Shown here piece by piece: positions 12,093 through 24,703 of a stretch of 64,000 bases of DNA. How positions within the stretch are numbered: the first letter of the stretch is position 1; each line of letters begins with the position of its first letter. The DNA comes from Xylographa opegraphella. Lineage: Eukaryota. The stretch spans positions 1 to 64,000 of the forward strand of contig JALDZX010000068.1 of the NCBI GenBank assembly GCA_022813865.1. The letters run 5' to 3'. The position numbers were made by a program, and so were the translations under genes. Under the pieces are notes generated by a model, which saw only the letters and a program-made list of their open reading frames with translations, was not told where the DNA came from and searched no databases.

Positions 12093-12578
12093 ATGCTCAT
12101 AAATTACTACGAGGTACTTTCTTTACCAGATTCCGTCGCTGCTCGGCGAATCTTGAATCAGGAGGATATCAAGCGCGCCTACAAGCGCGCGCTCTTGCAA
12201 CACCATCCAGATAAATCGACCTCTTCTACCAATCTCAAGGCACCTTATACCGTCGACGATATCACAGCAGCCTACAAAGGCTTGTCCAATCCAATTACTC
12301 GCTTAGAGCTTGACCGAAACCTACAAGTTCAGAATCCGCAGGCTGCACGATTGACAGACCTTTCACTGTCGGGATTGGAGACCGTCGATCTGGACGATCT
12401 TGATTTCGATGAAGCAGAAGGGCTATGGTATCGGACCTGTCGCTGTGGAAATCAGCGAGGCTATCTGATTAGCGAGGACGATCTTGCAAAGGAAGCTGCG
12501 CATGGCGAGATCATCACAGGATGCGGAGGCTGTAGCCTTTGGCTGAAGGTGTTGTTCCAGACAGCTGATGAAGGGTGA
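12093..12578 (+). CDS. DPH4: diphthamide biosynthesis protein 4 (J-domain + CSL zinc finger)
   Basis: J-domain with HPD (LLQHHPDK) followed by CRCG...GCGGCSLWLKV CSL finger; 161 aa. Confidence 0.93.
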   Translation: MLINYYEVLSLPDSVAARRILNQEDIKRAYKRALLQHHPDKSTSSTNLKAPYTVDDITAAYKGLSNPITRLELDRNLQVQNPQAARLTDLSLSGLETVDLDDLDFDEAEGLWYRTCRCGNQRGYLISEDDLAKEAAHGEIITGCGGCSLWLKVLFQTADEG

Positions 12579-13645
12579 CAGAGGATCTGATGAATGAATT
12601 ACTATCTGTTACACTGTTCTCTAATATCGAATGATATCTAGATAGCTCGAGAACTCTCTAGACAGGTGGGAGCCGCCGAGCCCCGCTATCTCAACCATAC
12701 CATACGCATCCGAAGTACGATACGCACAGCGGCATATTGCCCTCACACAACGTTTCGGGTCATTCAGACCTTCCAGCTCTAGAAGGTCTTCAGCATGGTA
12801 CTAGAGACTGCGACGGTACAACAGGCTTTTCGGGATGGAGTGCCAGCGTGAGTGCATGGAGCATATGGTTGGCTTACCTGGCCATCGACAAGCCAGAAGA
12901 GGACAAAACGTTATCGATGAGTTACACGAAGTATAGAAAGAGACCGGTAGAACTGTGAATTTTGTGGTTAGAATTTAGTGCTACCTCAATAGTACTTATT
13001 TTCAGGACAGCGACTGCCCTTTGGGCAAGCCCAACATCTGTGTATCATTTCAGAACCCAGCAACGACTCCCAGACTTAGCGATGTCTTTCCCCAGAACAA
13101 TGACCCCATTTAACCATGAACCTCACTATCAATAGTCGAGCACACTGTTAAGGACATCGATGCTACGCATAAATAACCTCTCCTATTCTTCTCCCAATAG
13201 AGAAATTCGCCTGGGAAGTACCTACGCTTGAATGAGATCTCCTCACTTATCAAGAGTCCTTCCAAACAGTTGCCCTCTTTCCCCCACTCTGTGCCACGGT
13301 GAAGTTTGCGCATTGACATCCGCTACCCCACGCAGTGCTTCAATCACGCAAAGGGGCCAATAGCTGTCTCAAAACATCTATCGGCCGGAAAGCAACGGGG
13401 ACGATAGCAAGAAGACATCCAGCATGGCGACATGGATCTACAGAGTAAAAGAACAAAATAGAAACGTTGAGGGTCAGACTGGGATTCGAGCCCAGGACCT
13501 TGTCCGCATATATTGAATGTTAAGGACACGTGATAACCAACTACACCATCCAACCTCGTAGAGTAGTCACTGCGTAAGTTTTGCAATCAGATTTTTTTTT
13601 CGTTTTTGCTCTGCCAAAACGGAAGTATGTCACACGATTGTCAAT

Positions 13646-13729
13646 ATCCGTGTTGTCACATCCGTGTTGTCATATCCGTGTTGTCATATCCGTGTTGTCA
13701 TATCCGTGTTGTCATATCCGTGTTGTCAT
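13646..13729. repeat. minisatellite, 6 x 14 bp (ATCCGTGTTGTCAT)
   Basis: Six head-to-tail copies with no spacers; only the first differs, at its last base. Confidence 0.95.
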
Positions 13730-15602
13730 ATTTCACCATTCTATTGATACGACAAACTCACAGGGATGCCAATACATATCATGACAACTAGGCAGCTACG
13801 TTCCCCTTAATAAACACCACACCCCTATCTGCCAAAGCTCCTCATTATAAGACATCAAGTACTAGAAGTCGATTGAAATCACCAACCATTCGTCCCATCT
13901 GGCTTCTCGTCTTAACTCCTTCCGACAGCGTATGGAATGGTCCTGGCCTCAGACACTCCTCTACTGTTTGTAGCCAGTTTTCAACAGACGCTGCTCCCAC
14001 TATTCTGACGCTTTCTGAAAGGCTTGAAGGTGCTGTTTCAGTAGGTCAGGTTGGGGCAGTTTTAACGATGGTCTGAGGTAATCTCGACGACGCTTTCTCC
14101 TGGAGCTTGAGTAGCACGAGGTGGATTGTTGGTCTCCGTCAGTGGATCTTCGGTGTCCCCAGATGAATCACCTGTAGAACTACTGAGAGGAAGCGTCTTC
14201 CTCAGCTTGAAAATTGGTAGATGGTTCAGGAATGAATGTGTGCATGTCGTGTTGTCGTTGCCAAGACTATCAGACCCAACTGTTGCAGCGGACTCCTTTG
14301 ATGTAGGACATTCGACAGCAGTAGGGTTGGTAGAGTATCTAGACCGAGTTCTTTAGATTCTTAATTTCCAATAACCCGTATAAAGATATAAAACGGACTC
14401 ATAAAGCCGTATTTGAAGTGTCGATACTCATTCCTAATATCTTGATAATGGGATAAATAATCTTTCAATACCTAAAGTCAATAGCTTTATATAACACCTT
14501 AAAACACTCTTTTAACCTTTGTAATCAGCTCATATAATTGTCCAAGACTCAACTTCGTAAACCAAACGTGCTCTACGAGCTATCAATATAAACTTGCACC
14601 TGCCCATCCTGGTGCCATACAATCACGCCATATACACCTTAGTATAACGCTATCAACTCATTCTGCAAGCTTACAAGGCTATAAGTATATCAATAAACAA
14701 AACAAACGCAAACTTCTGTCATACACAGACTCCAGGTCTGCAAAATTCTTTCGCAATTGCGTTCAGTAAAGTTGGCAGTTTGATATTTATTGTATTATCC
14801 ATCGCATCTTCAACTGTATCATATATATACATATATATATTGCTTGACCCATCATCTGCTGCATCGAAACGACCATCAAAAACGGCTTTGCAGATGCGAG
14901 ACACGGATTGGAAAATGGCTGCACGGATGGGAGCAGGTTTGGAGCAAAACATCTATTGGTCAGCAATAGGCTACCCCGAAGGAGATTAGCGCCGGCGATA
15001 ACCAGCAGAGGCTTATCGCACCACACGTTTGAGGTACCTTAGGTACGAAGTACCTAGACTACCTCCTACTGAAGCACATCGCTGCCGCAGCTCAACCTTC
15101 CGCCGACGAAAGCTCCCACCCCGGCTCTCACCAAGTCCCCCATTCTCAAACGACCCATCCTCTCCCGGTATCACGTTCACGGGGGGCTACTTCCTCCCCC
15201 AGGAAGGGTGGATGAGTTTCTCGTTTGGGGGGGTCGAAGTCAGAGATAACTATCAATTTACGATCAAAGAGAACTCCAGAGCGGAATTTTACGCGTGCTG
15301 TAGTGGGGATACAGAGCGTTGCGACATTTTAAACGGCGGATGAGACAGGGTAGCACGCGAGAAGCGCTGGGGGGTGCGGGATGAACATCGTTATTTTTAC
15401 GAGGTACGCTTTTGTGCTTGCTTCAGAGTATGTTTCTGCGGGAACCGTTGCGATTCGTTATGCTACGCTACAGAATTATGGAAGGCAGGCGAAGCGATGA
15501 GACAGCTACCGTCTGCATCAAGTATCCAGGCACACCGGTGCATCTCCTTGACTGCTGCTCCCGCCCTCACTTCGTAGCCCCGGCACTGATGCTGTGAGCG
15601 GC

Positions 15603-18213
15603 TCAAGGCAAGGACATGAAGAGCTGCAGCATATCCGGATAGTTGGGCGTGCCCAACCCAGTAGCCGGATCCCACCTACAACTTTTGTCAGCAAAGATCC
15701 ACACAAACGATACCCAGCCCGCGATTGTGCGTGACTGAGGAAGTGGGATAGAGACTCACCCTCTCGCGGTATGAAAGCCCTGCGTACCGCACCCGACATT
15801 CGTCCCGTTCGTGATATCATTCAGCACTTCCGGGTTCTTGTACAGCGTGGGATTCACGAACCCCACCGGCCCTTTCCCGGCCTTGAAGCGTTCCTCGTTG
15901 ATGAGGGTGAGCACGGAGGCGAACAGGGGCGATGCCAGACTCGATCCGTAGAAGTGGAAATCGGTCCCGCCGGTTTGAGCGCGGAACATGGCGCCGTTGG
16001 CAGCGACGTCTGGGTAGCCTCTTCCGATTCTGTTGTAGATTCCCTTCGTCTTGTTGACGTTGACTGAGAATTCCGAGTAGTAGGGGTACGATAGGTTTGC
16101 CTCGGCGAAGTACTTTGCGACTGCGGCTTTCTGGTAAGCTGGCTGACCATAGTAGTTGGAAAAACCGCCGGCGGTGGTGAAGTTTTGGGCTGTGCCGCTG
16201 AGATTGACATGCATTACGCTTTCGGGGGTGTAGACTGTTTGATGAGCGTAAAGCATTGTGGCTCCCACCGACGTGATGTAAGGGCAACTAAGTAAGGATC
16301 AGCTGTGTTGAACAATAGCGAGGTTGTAGTCATACTTGGAGGGGTATTGAGGACTGAAGATGAGGCCATCAGGGCCCAAGCAGCCATTGGCCTCCTTATC
16401 ACCCGGGAAGGAGGAGACTCCATAGTCTCCTGATGCAACAAGAATCGAATGGCCTTGGAGACCGAGCTTCATGAATCTGTGTAGCAGTCAGAAAGTCGCA
16501 GCATGACAGGCAAACAGATGAATTTACTCGTTACACTGGCGCTTCGAGTACTTGATTGGCAGATCAGCTTCAGCTTGACCATAGGAAGCACTGATGACAT
16601 TCGTCGGCTTGTAAACACCGCATTGTCGTTGCCCTGAGATGGTCAGCAGAGTAAACGCTAGAGCAAATGGCGATACTGACCCTTGTATCCACCAGGCGCA
16701 GGATCGGGGTAAATCTGCGAGATTTCATTAGCCTGTGAAATGTAAAATTGAGGGCGGAATTTCTCGGCGAATGTGATGTAGCCTATGCCAACAACCTCGC
16801 CGGACTTCATAGTTCGTCCAAATGAAGACAGATTGGAGAGGAATCCACAAACCGGGTCAATTGCCGGATCATCTCCGGTTTCTCCAAACGCAGTATAATT
16901 ACAATAAGATCCGTCAAGAGCGTCAAGAAAAGTATTAAAAAGATTGGTCGTCGCAACCTCCTCTGGCTCATAGATCTGATCGTCGGTCTGGTAGAGAGTG
17001 ACAGTCTGTGGGTAGATCAAGGAGTAACTTTTCCATTTAGTAATGTGGAACTCGAACATGGATGGATCCATACGTACGCCATGTCAATATCGATATTAGC
17101 CTCTCCCGAGTTGAACGAACTATTCAACGAGACCGAGTAATTCGCGCCGTCGATCAATTGCGGAACAGGGTAAGTGCCCTGCGGAACATACGGAGCGTAC
17201 TCGGCATAAAATGAGTCGAGGTCCTGCTTGTTGAAATAACTGCCCTGCTCGTAGAGACCGAGAGAGTTTCCAGGCGATTTCAGCGTTGCATTGGGTATCT
17301 GATACAGAGCTTTGATACAAGGCGGAGTGATATTCAGCCCGCAACCGCGGATGTCGGGCGGGAGGTTCATTGCACTCGGAGAGATCGACTGCAAGTCGTC
17401 GCTTCCTGCTGGGGTAGAGACACGTCCTGCTGGTTTACTGGACAAGGATGACTCTCGCTTGACTTTGACGCTTCGTTTGACAACGGGTGTGAGCTTGATA
17501 CCTGGGGTAATATAGTCGATGTGCTCTTGGATGTGCTTTGGAATATGATATCTGGTAAGGGTTAGCAGTTGCATCACTAATCTGGGCGAGGTAATATTTT
17601 TACTCATCACATCCAACCCTGACGCTTGCACTATGCTTGTGCTCGTGCTCATGATACTCGGTGTTTAGCAGCCTTTCGGCCTCAACCGCCGTAGCATTGA
17701 ATGCCAGCCACCCATAATTGTCGGATTGGATGACCCGTGAGCCATGAATTCCGGAGACTGTGAGCCATTCTCTGACCATCCTCACGGTTTCCTTGGGAGG
17801 GGCGAAGGCATTATGCACTTCTTCCATAGACCAATATTGACCATATTTGTCAGAATCGGGATCCGAGCTAAGTACGGAGTGTCAGCATCTTTACCATTCT
17901 GGTATGCCCGCCAAGCTATCATCTAAATCTTGCTCAGTAGGCAAGGCGGAGCAAGACAAGCAATCCGGGAAAAGCCAGTCAGAACTCATTCTCACACTCA
18001 CACTTCCATGAGATAATCATAACCCTTATCAAGATTCGTTTGGGTCAAGCCTATACGCATTGGCAAAATGGCATCGCCTTCAACCCGAGCGCCCTTGACC
18101 CAGTCTGTAGCTGGAGCATCTCGCTTTTCGTGCAGCGCATGAGCCAATGGCGCCGGCGCAGCATTTGATATGGCAACGAAAGCCGCAGCGACTGCCAATT
18201 GAGATAGCAGCAT
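15603..18213 (-). CDS. secreted sedolisin (peptidase S53, aorsin/tripeptidyl-peptidase-like), multi-exon
   Basis: Signal peptide MLLSQLAVAAAFVAISNA, pro-domain (LPMRIGLTQTNL), catalytic E-x3-D (GEANIDIDMAY), SGDYGV, RGYPDVAANG, GSSLASP nucleophile motif and terminal GWDPATGLGTPNY. Confidence 0.93.
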
Positions 18214-19053
18214 CTCGATCTCGCGATTCTGACTTTGACCGGAGTGGTTCCTCGTGAGGCTTCGGGAGTGCCAGCTGCTGGGGAGAGCTCCCTCTTAAGC
18301 TCATGGTCGAGTGCGGCCATACTGCAGGTACCTCGATTGTACGCTTGTGAGCAAGAGGAAGGAGAGCCGTGCAGCTAGGGCGTGCGTGCATATGGAAGGA
18401 AGCCCCACGTCATGTGAATATCAAGGGTGTCTCCGAGACGCTAACCCAATGTTCCTTCATTTGCCGTTTATTATTGGTGGATGATACTGGTATCGCGAGA
18501 GGGAAATGCGGACTGTGGTAGGCAGGCAAAGCGACGACGTGAATGGAATCAAGGAACCGGCCACGGCACCACCCGGAAAGCTATCCTAGTCGTACCCTAA
18601 TCAGAGCTCCAACCGATTTAATCCTAGCTTTACCGTTGCAGCAGCCGGAGGTAGAATTACGGAGCAATTCTCAGATTAAGGTCCGGATCGAGCATCTGAT
18701 AAGCGCCTTCTCGCGGTTGCGCATCATTGTATACGGTAACGTAGAGTATTTCTCCATCTCATCCGATAGCCGGCTACAGCAGTTCCTCGAAAATCCTCGG
18801 TCTCCACACTCATGAAAGCCGAGGCACCGGCGGCTGACTGGAGCCTTGTTCCCGGGCCCGATATACGAGGGTTTTCAAGCGCAACACTCAAGCTGTAGGC
18901 AGAGCAAGACGGTACAATGTTGGCGTGCAGCTAAAGTAGTCTCTATATACATTGTGACATGTAGTGATCTACCCATCCGCAGCATCTTGCACAAACAACA
19001 GCCATCCCGTCACCCCGACATGACGCCCACCGCCCGCCGCCCTTCCCCCATCA

Positions 19054-21063
19054 CTACAGCTGATACCTATAGTCCGGACTCATATCCCCCTTCTCCGTCT
19101 TCTCCCACTCCGTCAGTCCCAGATCCCTGCCCGCCCGATCCCTATTCCGATTCTGCATCCACACGCTCATGAAGTACGTCACGCAGCTGGCGGCACTCAA
19201 GCACACGAAGCCAATGCAGATGGCGTACCCCGTTTTGTACAAGGGGGCGTCGGCGCTCAGGAAGGCATAGGTGGCGATGATGCCGCCGATGTTGCCGAAG
19301 CCGATCTGCCAGGCGGTGCCGACGGCGCGGCGGTGGTGGCCGCCAAGGTTCTGGGTGAACCAGCAGACTATCACGGGCATGGCGCTGTAGGTTCCCGTGG
19401 TCACGAGGAAGAGGGCCGCGTACTCGAGGTTGTGGTTCGTGTGCACGCTGAGGAGGATGGCGAAGCCGGTGAGGGAGATGCAGATGGGGAGGAGCGTGAA
19501 GATGAACCGGTGCTTGAGTTTATCTGAAAAGAATGCGATGATCATGGCGAAGCCGAAGGCGGTGGCCCATGGGGGGACGGAGTGGACTGTGCGGTTTTAG
19601 TGACTGGTTTGGCAGGTAGAGTGGAGGGACTGCATGATAGTGGCAAGGGGACGTACGCTGGGTCTGAATGCTGGAGTAGCCGTAGCTTTTGATGATGCCC
19701 GGAGCGAAGAAGGCGTAGCCTGTTCATGTATCATCAGCTCACATGAGTTCCTGATCGCGGAGATGGGCTACACACCGTATGCGGGCACAATCAGGCCAAA
19801 ATACATAAACCCTCCAACGAATATTTTATAATCTTTGAAGATTGTCCTCACGTCCTTGAAGCTGATGTTCCGCTCCGCCGCGCTGCGTCCTTGGTCTGCT
19901 TGCAGCCGCGCTTTCACATAGGCTCGCTCGTCCTCGGTTAACCACGAGGCGTCCTCGGGAAAGCTGGGAATTAGAAAGAAGAAGACGATGGCCACGACGC
20001 AGGTGAGGACGCCCTCGAGGATGAAAATCCAACGCCAAGCTAGGTAGCCGCGCATACCGTTCATCTTACCAATAGCCGCCGCGAGGAGGCCGCCGAACGC
20101 GCCGGCCAGGGTGGTGCTGCTGAAGAAAAAGGTGTAGCGCTTTTGCGCCTCGCTGCGCTTGTACCACATACCGATGAGATAGAAGCCTGTGTAGTGTTAG
20201 AAACGAGCGAGTTAGTGATATGAATCGAGGGTTATTTACTGCCAGGAAACATGCCGGTTTCGGCGAGACCGAGGAAGAAACGTGTCGCGAGAAGTCCGCT
20301 GTAGCTTTTGACAAGGCCTTGGCAAATCTGATGCTAGGTCAACATCGGGGTTATCGAAATGAAAGAGGAAAGCTCACAGTAACAAGGCCGAAGACGAACA
20401 TACATCCCGATACTGAATAACTCCAGTCAGTGACTGCATCCAAGTAGAAGGTCTGAGCTGACTTACGCCAGACATGAGGTTTGAGCTTTTTCAAGAATAT
20501 ATTCGAGGGAATCTCGAAAAGCTAGATCCTGTCAGGGACACACCGAATGAGACCGTTATAAGCATACAATATATGGCACGAAAAATATAGTCAATGCAGT
20601 ATTGTACTGATTGGTTCCTGACACCAGGTCCAGATCCGTGGCGAGCCCGAAGACTGTGGCACAATGAGCCTCCCCCAGGTACATAGAATGAACAACTTTA
20701 AAGGGTCGTACCGGCGGCATTGGCAATATTCGTCCTATTCATCGAGTCAGGAGCATTCTCTACACTATCCATGCAACCAAAGTCGAGCCACACCTGTCAA
20801 GAAAGGCCAAGAGGTACAGGATACTCAATACAGGTATAACGCGAAGGTCAATCTGAGTCATGAGCCTCCTCTCGGTTGTGTGCGACGGGCAGACAATGGC
20901 CAAGTCATCATACTCGGGATCGGTATGAGCAATGTCGGGATCATAGAAGTTGTTGCCTTTGTCATGGCGGAATTCGGACTCCAGAGACTCTGTAGGCTCT
21001 GGAAACGTGTCAGTATTGGCCTGTCCGAGCACTGTCGCCGTGCGTACTTGCACGCTTGGCCAT
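19054..21063 (-). CDS. MFS transporter, anion:cation symporter (Tna1/Dal5-like) family, multi-exon
   Basis: IDLRVIPVLSILYLLAFLDRTNIANA, EIPSNIFLKK, MWYKRSEAQKR, WRWIFILEG, FGNIGGIIA, ending YRYQL*. ATG 21063 is joined via a short first intron. Confidence 0.92.
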
Positions 21064-22099
21064 AATTGAGAGTCGGGCTTAATGCGCGAGTCAATATAGC
21101 GTTTTGTCAACGTTCTATGGCGCCTGGCTCTTCGCCTGTAAAAGAATACGCCCGACAGTATGACACGAACGATGACTGCGGAAAAAGACGCATGAAATTG
21201 CTCGCGCCCGTGTGGGAGGAAAGCACGGGCGTATCCATGCTCTTTATGTGCCTCTAATGCAGTGCGATAATACCTAGCGACGGTCGGTCCGGTCGACTCG
21301 GCTACCTCTAATTCTCCGCATCTTGGACAAGTGATCGCCCACCAATAATGCGGGGAGATCTACTGTTAGCTCGATACCCCTGTCATTCGGATCCTCAAGC
21401 TGGTGTGCTCCTTCGTCTTGGGCCGACAAACGCCGCTCCGGCTCGGCTGATTACGCTACCTTACCTTATGCTGGTCTGTCGTGACCTGGCTCTTGGACTT
21501 TGGATATCTTCAACAACACACTGTGCTGAACTGGTAGTCTGGGATATGGCTTCTATGATTTTGAAAAATCTGAACATCCACCAAAGACAAAGTGGAACGT
21601 TAGAGCATCCTAAGCTTTGATACAGGAGCCTCTCCTCCTCTCCTGCTTCTATTACACTATCTCTCTCTCCTTGATCTGGCTCGTCTCGGCCATACTTTTC
21701 TGCTATATGTGACACGATGTGACGGTTGATTACCTCCCCTAGCGTGGTCCGTGGGTCCCGTATCTTAGTTCGTAGCAACGGCAAATGTAGAAACACCGTG
21801 AATGTCAACGGAGGTCTAACGGTCCGTGCTGTGAACCTGGTGTTGAATATCGTCCTTGATCTGCTGGACCGTAGACTTCTTCCTCCAGATAAAACTCAAC
21901 GACTTGCTGTACTTGACTTTCTGCCCTTCTATCTCTTGCACTTGCCATAACCTTCAGCTCATGGCCAAGTAGTTTGACAGAAGGATAGGTTACGTACATA
22001 GACAGTCACAGGTTGGCTGACCCCTTTGCAACTCTTCTGACAACGAGCCTATTGTGTTCGCGAGAGCTGCGACCGTACCTCTTGCTGTTCCACGCTTCA

Positions 22100-22460
22100 G
22101 TCTACGCTTCAGTCTCGCCTCGTGTAAGTATTTGACCCTTCGATATTGCTGGCTACTAACTGACCTCTCCTGTTACTCGTAGCTCCTGGATGACATTCTT
22201 CCTTAAGCTCATTGTCACCACTTCTGTCTCGGCTTGTGTAAGTACTTGAACCTCCGATAATGCTGGCAACTGACGCTTACTGTGATCTTCAGCTCTGACT
22301 GTAACTCTTCTTAAGCTCACGGTCACTGTCTTTATCTCGTCTTGTGTAAGTATCCTGACCCTTGGCTACTGCTGACAACTAATCTCTTCTATCACCGGCA
22401 GCTCCTGACGCACTCTTCCTCAAGCTCACGATCGCCGTCTTGATCTCGTCTTCTGTAAGT
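22100..22460 (+). repeat. tandemly duplicated exon-intron units (~110-bp period) upstream of the F-box gene
   Basis: Introns 22124-22182, 22238-22292, 22346-22401 and a fourth from 22455 all start GTAAGT and have CTRAC/CTAAT branch sites and YAG. The 53-55-nt exons between them are homologous (ctc...cttc(c)tyaagctca...tctcg.cttst). Confidence 0.8.
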
Positions 22461-22630
22461 GCCACAACTCTTTCATAGCCTTGGCAACCATCATGTTGTA
22501 CTGTTGGCTGTACCCTACGTGCCTCTTCTCCTTTCGCAAAATGCACTAACAGAAACCACTTTGCTGCAATTTCTTCAAACCAGATGCTCAACTGCAGATT
22601 GCTGACGGTCACCGTAGAACCAGACTCAAG

Positions 22631-23938
22631 ATGAAAGCCTCCAAGAAGACCCTCCCGTATCTGTCGACCGAACTATGGTCGATGGTTCTGTCTGAATGCG
22701 ATCCCAAGTCATTAGTAGCTTGTATGTTGGCCTGTAGACTATTCAACGACCTCCTCAAGAGTCCAAGGCTCTGGTCCACGGCAAGAGAGAGAACCTTTGG
22801 TGCGGGGTGCCCTCCGCCGCCTCCAAACATGACCGATGGCCAATACGCCGAATTGACACAAGGTCACGGCTGCCAAGAGCCTACGTGCACGGATACACGG
22901 TCGAGGAAAATATACTGGGCGATGCAAATGAGACTCTGCACGTCCTGCTATCGGGCACGCTTCTGCCCAGAGAAGGAGATAGAACTTACTTTGATCTTTC
23001 ATCCAGGATTACGGGACTGTCTCATCCAACACAGATGGGAGGGAGGAAAAAGGTATAAGGGCCTGAATTGCGTGCTAGATGGTCGCCCAATTGCGTTCGA
23101 TCGACTCGCAGTTGATGCAGTTCTAGCAATGTACGACAGTGGCGGCAGTCAAGTGGACACAAACTGGTACAACGCGCAAACGGCAATGATCAGGGAGCTT
23201 GTATCAGCCCTCGTCGCATGCGAAAATTTCTTCCAACTCCGGACATTTGATGAGGACCAAAAGAGATCTGAACACAAGAAAGAGCTAACCAAGTATCTTG
23301 AAGAGCGTGCGATGCAGTTGGTACCCCCTATGTCAGCGGAGGAGCTCCGTTATTGTGACTCTTTCCACAAGGCGATCGCACACGCAAAGCCCCAGAAGGC
23401 ACACAGCGCCGTGTGGAAACGACTCCAACCTAAACTCCTAATCGAGAGGTCGGACCTCTGTCAAGATGACTCAGACGACGGCGATCTCGACGAGGATATC
23501 CGGATGATGGCCAAATTCGATGAGGAGCTTCGGAGCCTTGACCCCTCCGAAGACAAGCCGGATATGGAGAGCCGCGTCGATGGGAACATGGCGGAAGCAC
23601 CCCCAATCGACGAAGGCATGGCCGGGCCGCAGGCATTGACAGCCCCGTATGCCGTGATGATACCGAACCGTGGCAGTGATCAGGCCGCGAGTGCTGGATA
23701 TGAGATCCTTCCACCAACTACGATGAACATATCAGACACCGGCGTGCAAACAAGTGAGGGGAATGGCAATGGAAGTTTCCTGTTGACTGCGATGAATGGA
23801 TTAGACACCGGGTTGGGACCAGGTGAGACGAATGATGGGAGGTCAAGCCCAAGAATTGGACGAGTGCCATGGCCAGCGACAGTCGCGTTTCCGTGGGACG
23901 CCGCACACACCGTCCACCCACGCCATCGGGACCAGTGA
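22631..23938 (+). CDS. F-box domain protein
   Basis: LPYLSTELWSMVLSECDPKSLVACMLACRLFNDLL F-box, then GCQ..C...RKIYWAMQMRLC.SC Cys motif; 435-aa uninterrupted ORF. Confidence 0.8.
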   Translation: MKASKKTLPYLSTELWSMVLSECDPKSLVACMLACRLFNDLLKSPRLWSTARERTFGAGCPPPPPNMTDGQYAELTQGHGCQEPTCTDTRSRKIYWAMQMRLCTSCYRARFCPEKEIELTLIFHPGLRDCLIQHRWEGGKRYKGLNCVLDGRPIAFDRLAVDAVLAMYDSGGSQVDTNWYNAQTAMIRELVSALVACENFFQLRTFDEDQKRSEHKKELTKYLEERAMQLVPPMSAEELRYCDSFHKAIAHAKPQKAHSAVWKRLQPKLLIERSDLCQDDSDDGDLDEDIRMMAKFDEELRSLDPSEDKPDMESRVDGNMAEAPPIDEGMAGPQALTAPYAVMIPNRGSDQAASAGYEILPPTTMNISDTGVQTSEGNGNGSFLLTAMNGLDTGLGPGETNDGRSSPRIGRVPWPATVAFPWDAAHTVHPRHRDQ

Positions 23939-24703
23939 ATCACGACCGACCAGACCGAGAATACTGAGAGATTAGCTTGGGCCTGTGTGTTTTGGCGGCA
24001 AGGTCTCAAGGTGAAGGAAGGGATTGAGACGTTCGAATTAATAATGTTAGCCTGATTGCTTCACTTCGCTGGATAGCTGATAGAAGGAGAAATGATGCAA
24101 GCGGCAACACGGCCCAGCACAAATTGGTGTCACAAACTGCGTTCCTTGGCATGACTGGCGACTGCGTTGAACTTACCTATGCATGCCATTATGCAGAGCC
24201 AACCGCCTTAGCAGGTAGTGTCCGGGATAGCGGAGCTGGTAGCTTAGGTGGTTGTCGTTGAGGTTAGCCCGAGTTTCTTTCCTGTAAACAGCCTTCAGTC
24301 GAGTGTGCTCCACGCCGTGATGCTCGACGTACTGTGATTATCGCCCTCATGCCGTGACCGAAAGGATTTTCCCTCGCGGTCATGTGACGGTTGCTGAGCT
24401 TATCCTCTTCAGCCCTGCTGACGTGATGGTTTGTGTGAGAGAAAAATGCATTATCGATTTTATCTCCAGAGTGGGTCGCAACCCGCCAATCAGCTGGAGC
24501 CTTCACACCCGTTGTCCTACGGAGACTGTTTCCACTTTCTTTTCACTCTATACTAACTGTAAGTGAGACTAGATATTGGATATCTAATCTCATCATCAAC
24601 GCTCTTTACGTTCCCTTCTGTCTTTCCGAATTTCCCTATTCTACATCCCATCGAAAGCTCTACGCCTTTTGTTTAATAGCCATCTCACCTTTCTCGGATC
24701 GTT

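Noticed and set aside
13646..13729. CRISPR-like array
   Set aside because: Contiguous 14-bp units with no spacers, no cas genes and a eukaryotic context: a minisatellite.
15925..15950. GSS instead of GTS at the sedolisin nucleophile motif as inactivation
   Set aside because: The catalytic Ser and the E-x3-D pair are retained; Thr>Ser is conservative.
22100..22460. CRISPR array or intronic snoRNA host
   Set aside because: The repeats are degenerate and carry splice signals. The 55-59-nt introns are too short for snoRNAs, and no C/D or H/ACA layout was seen.
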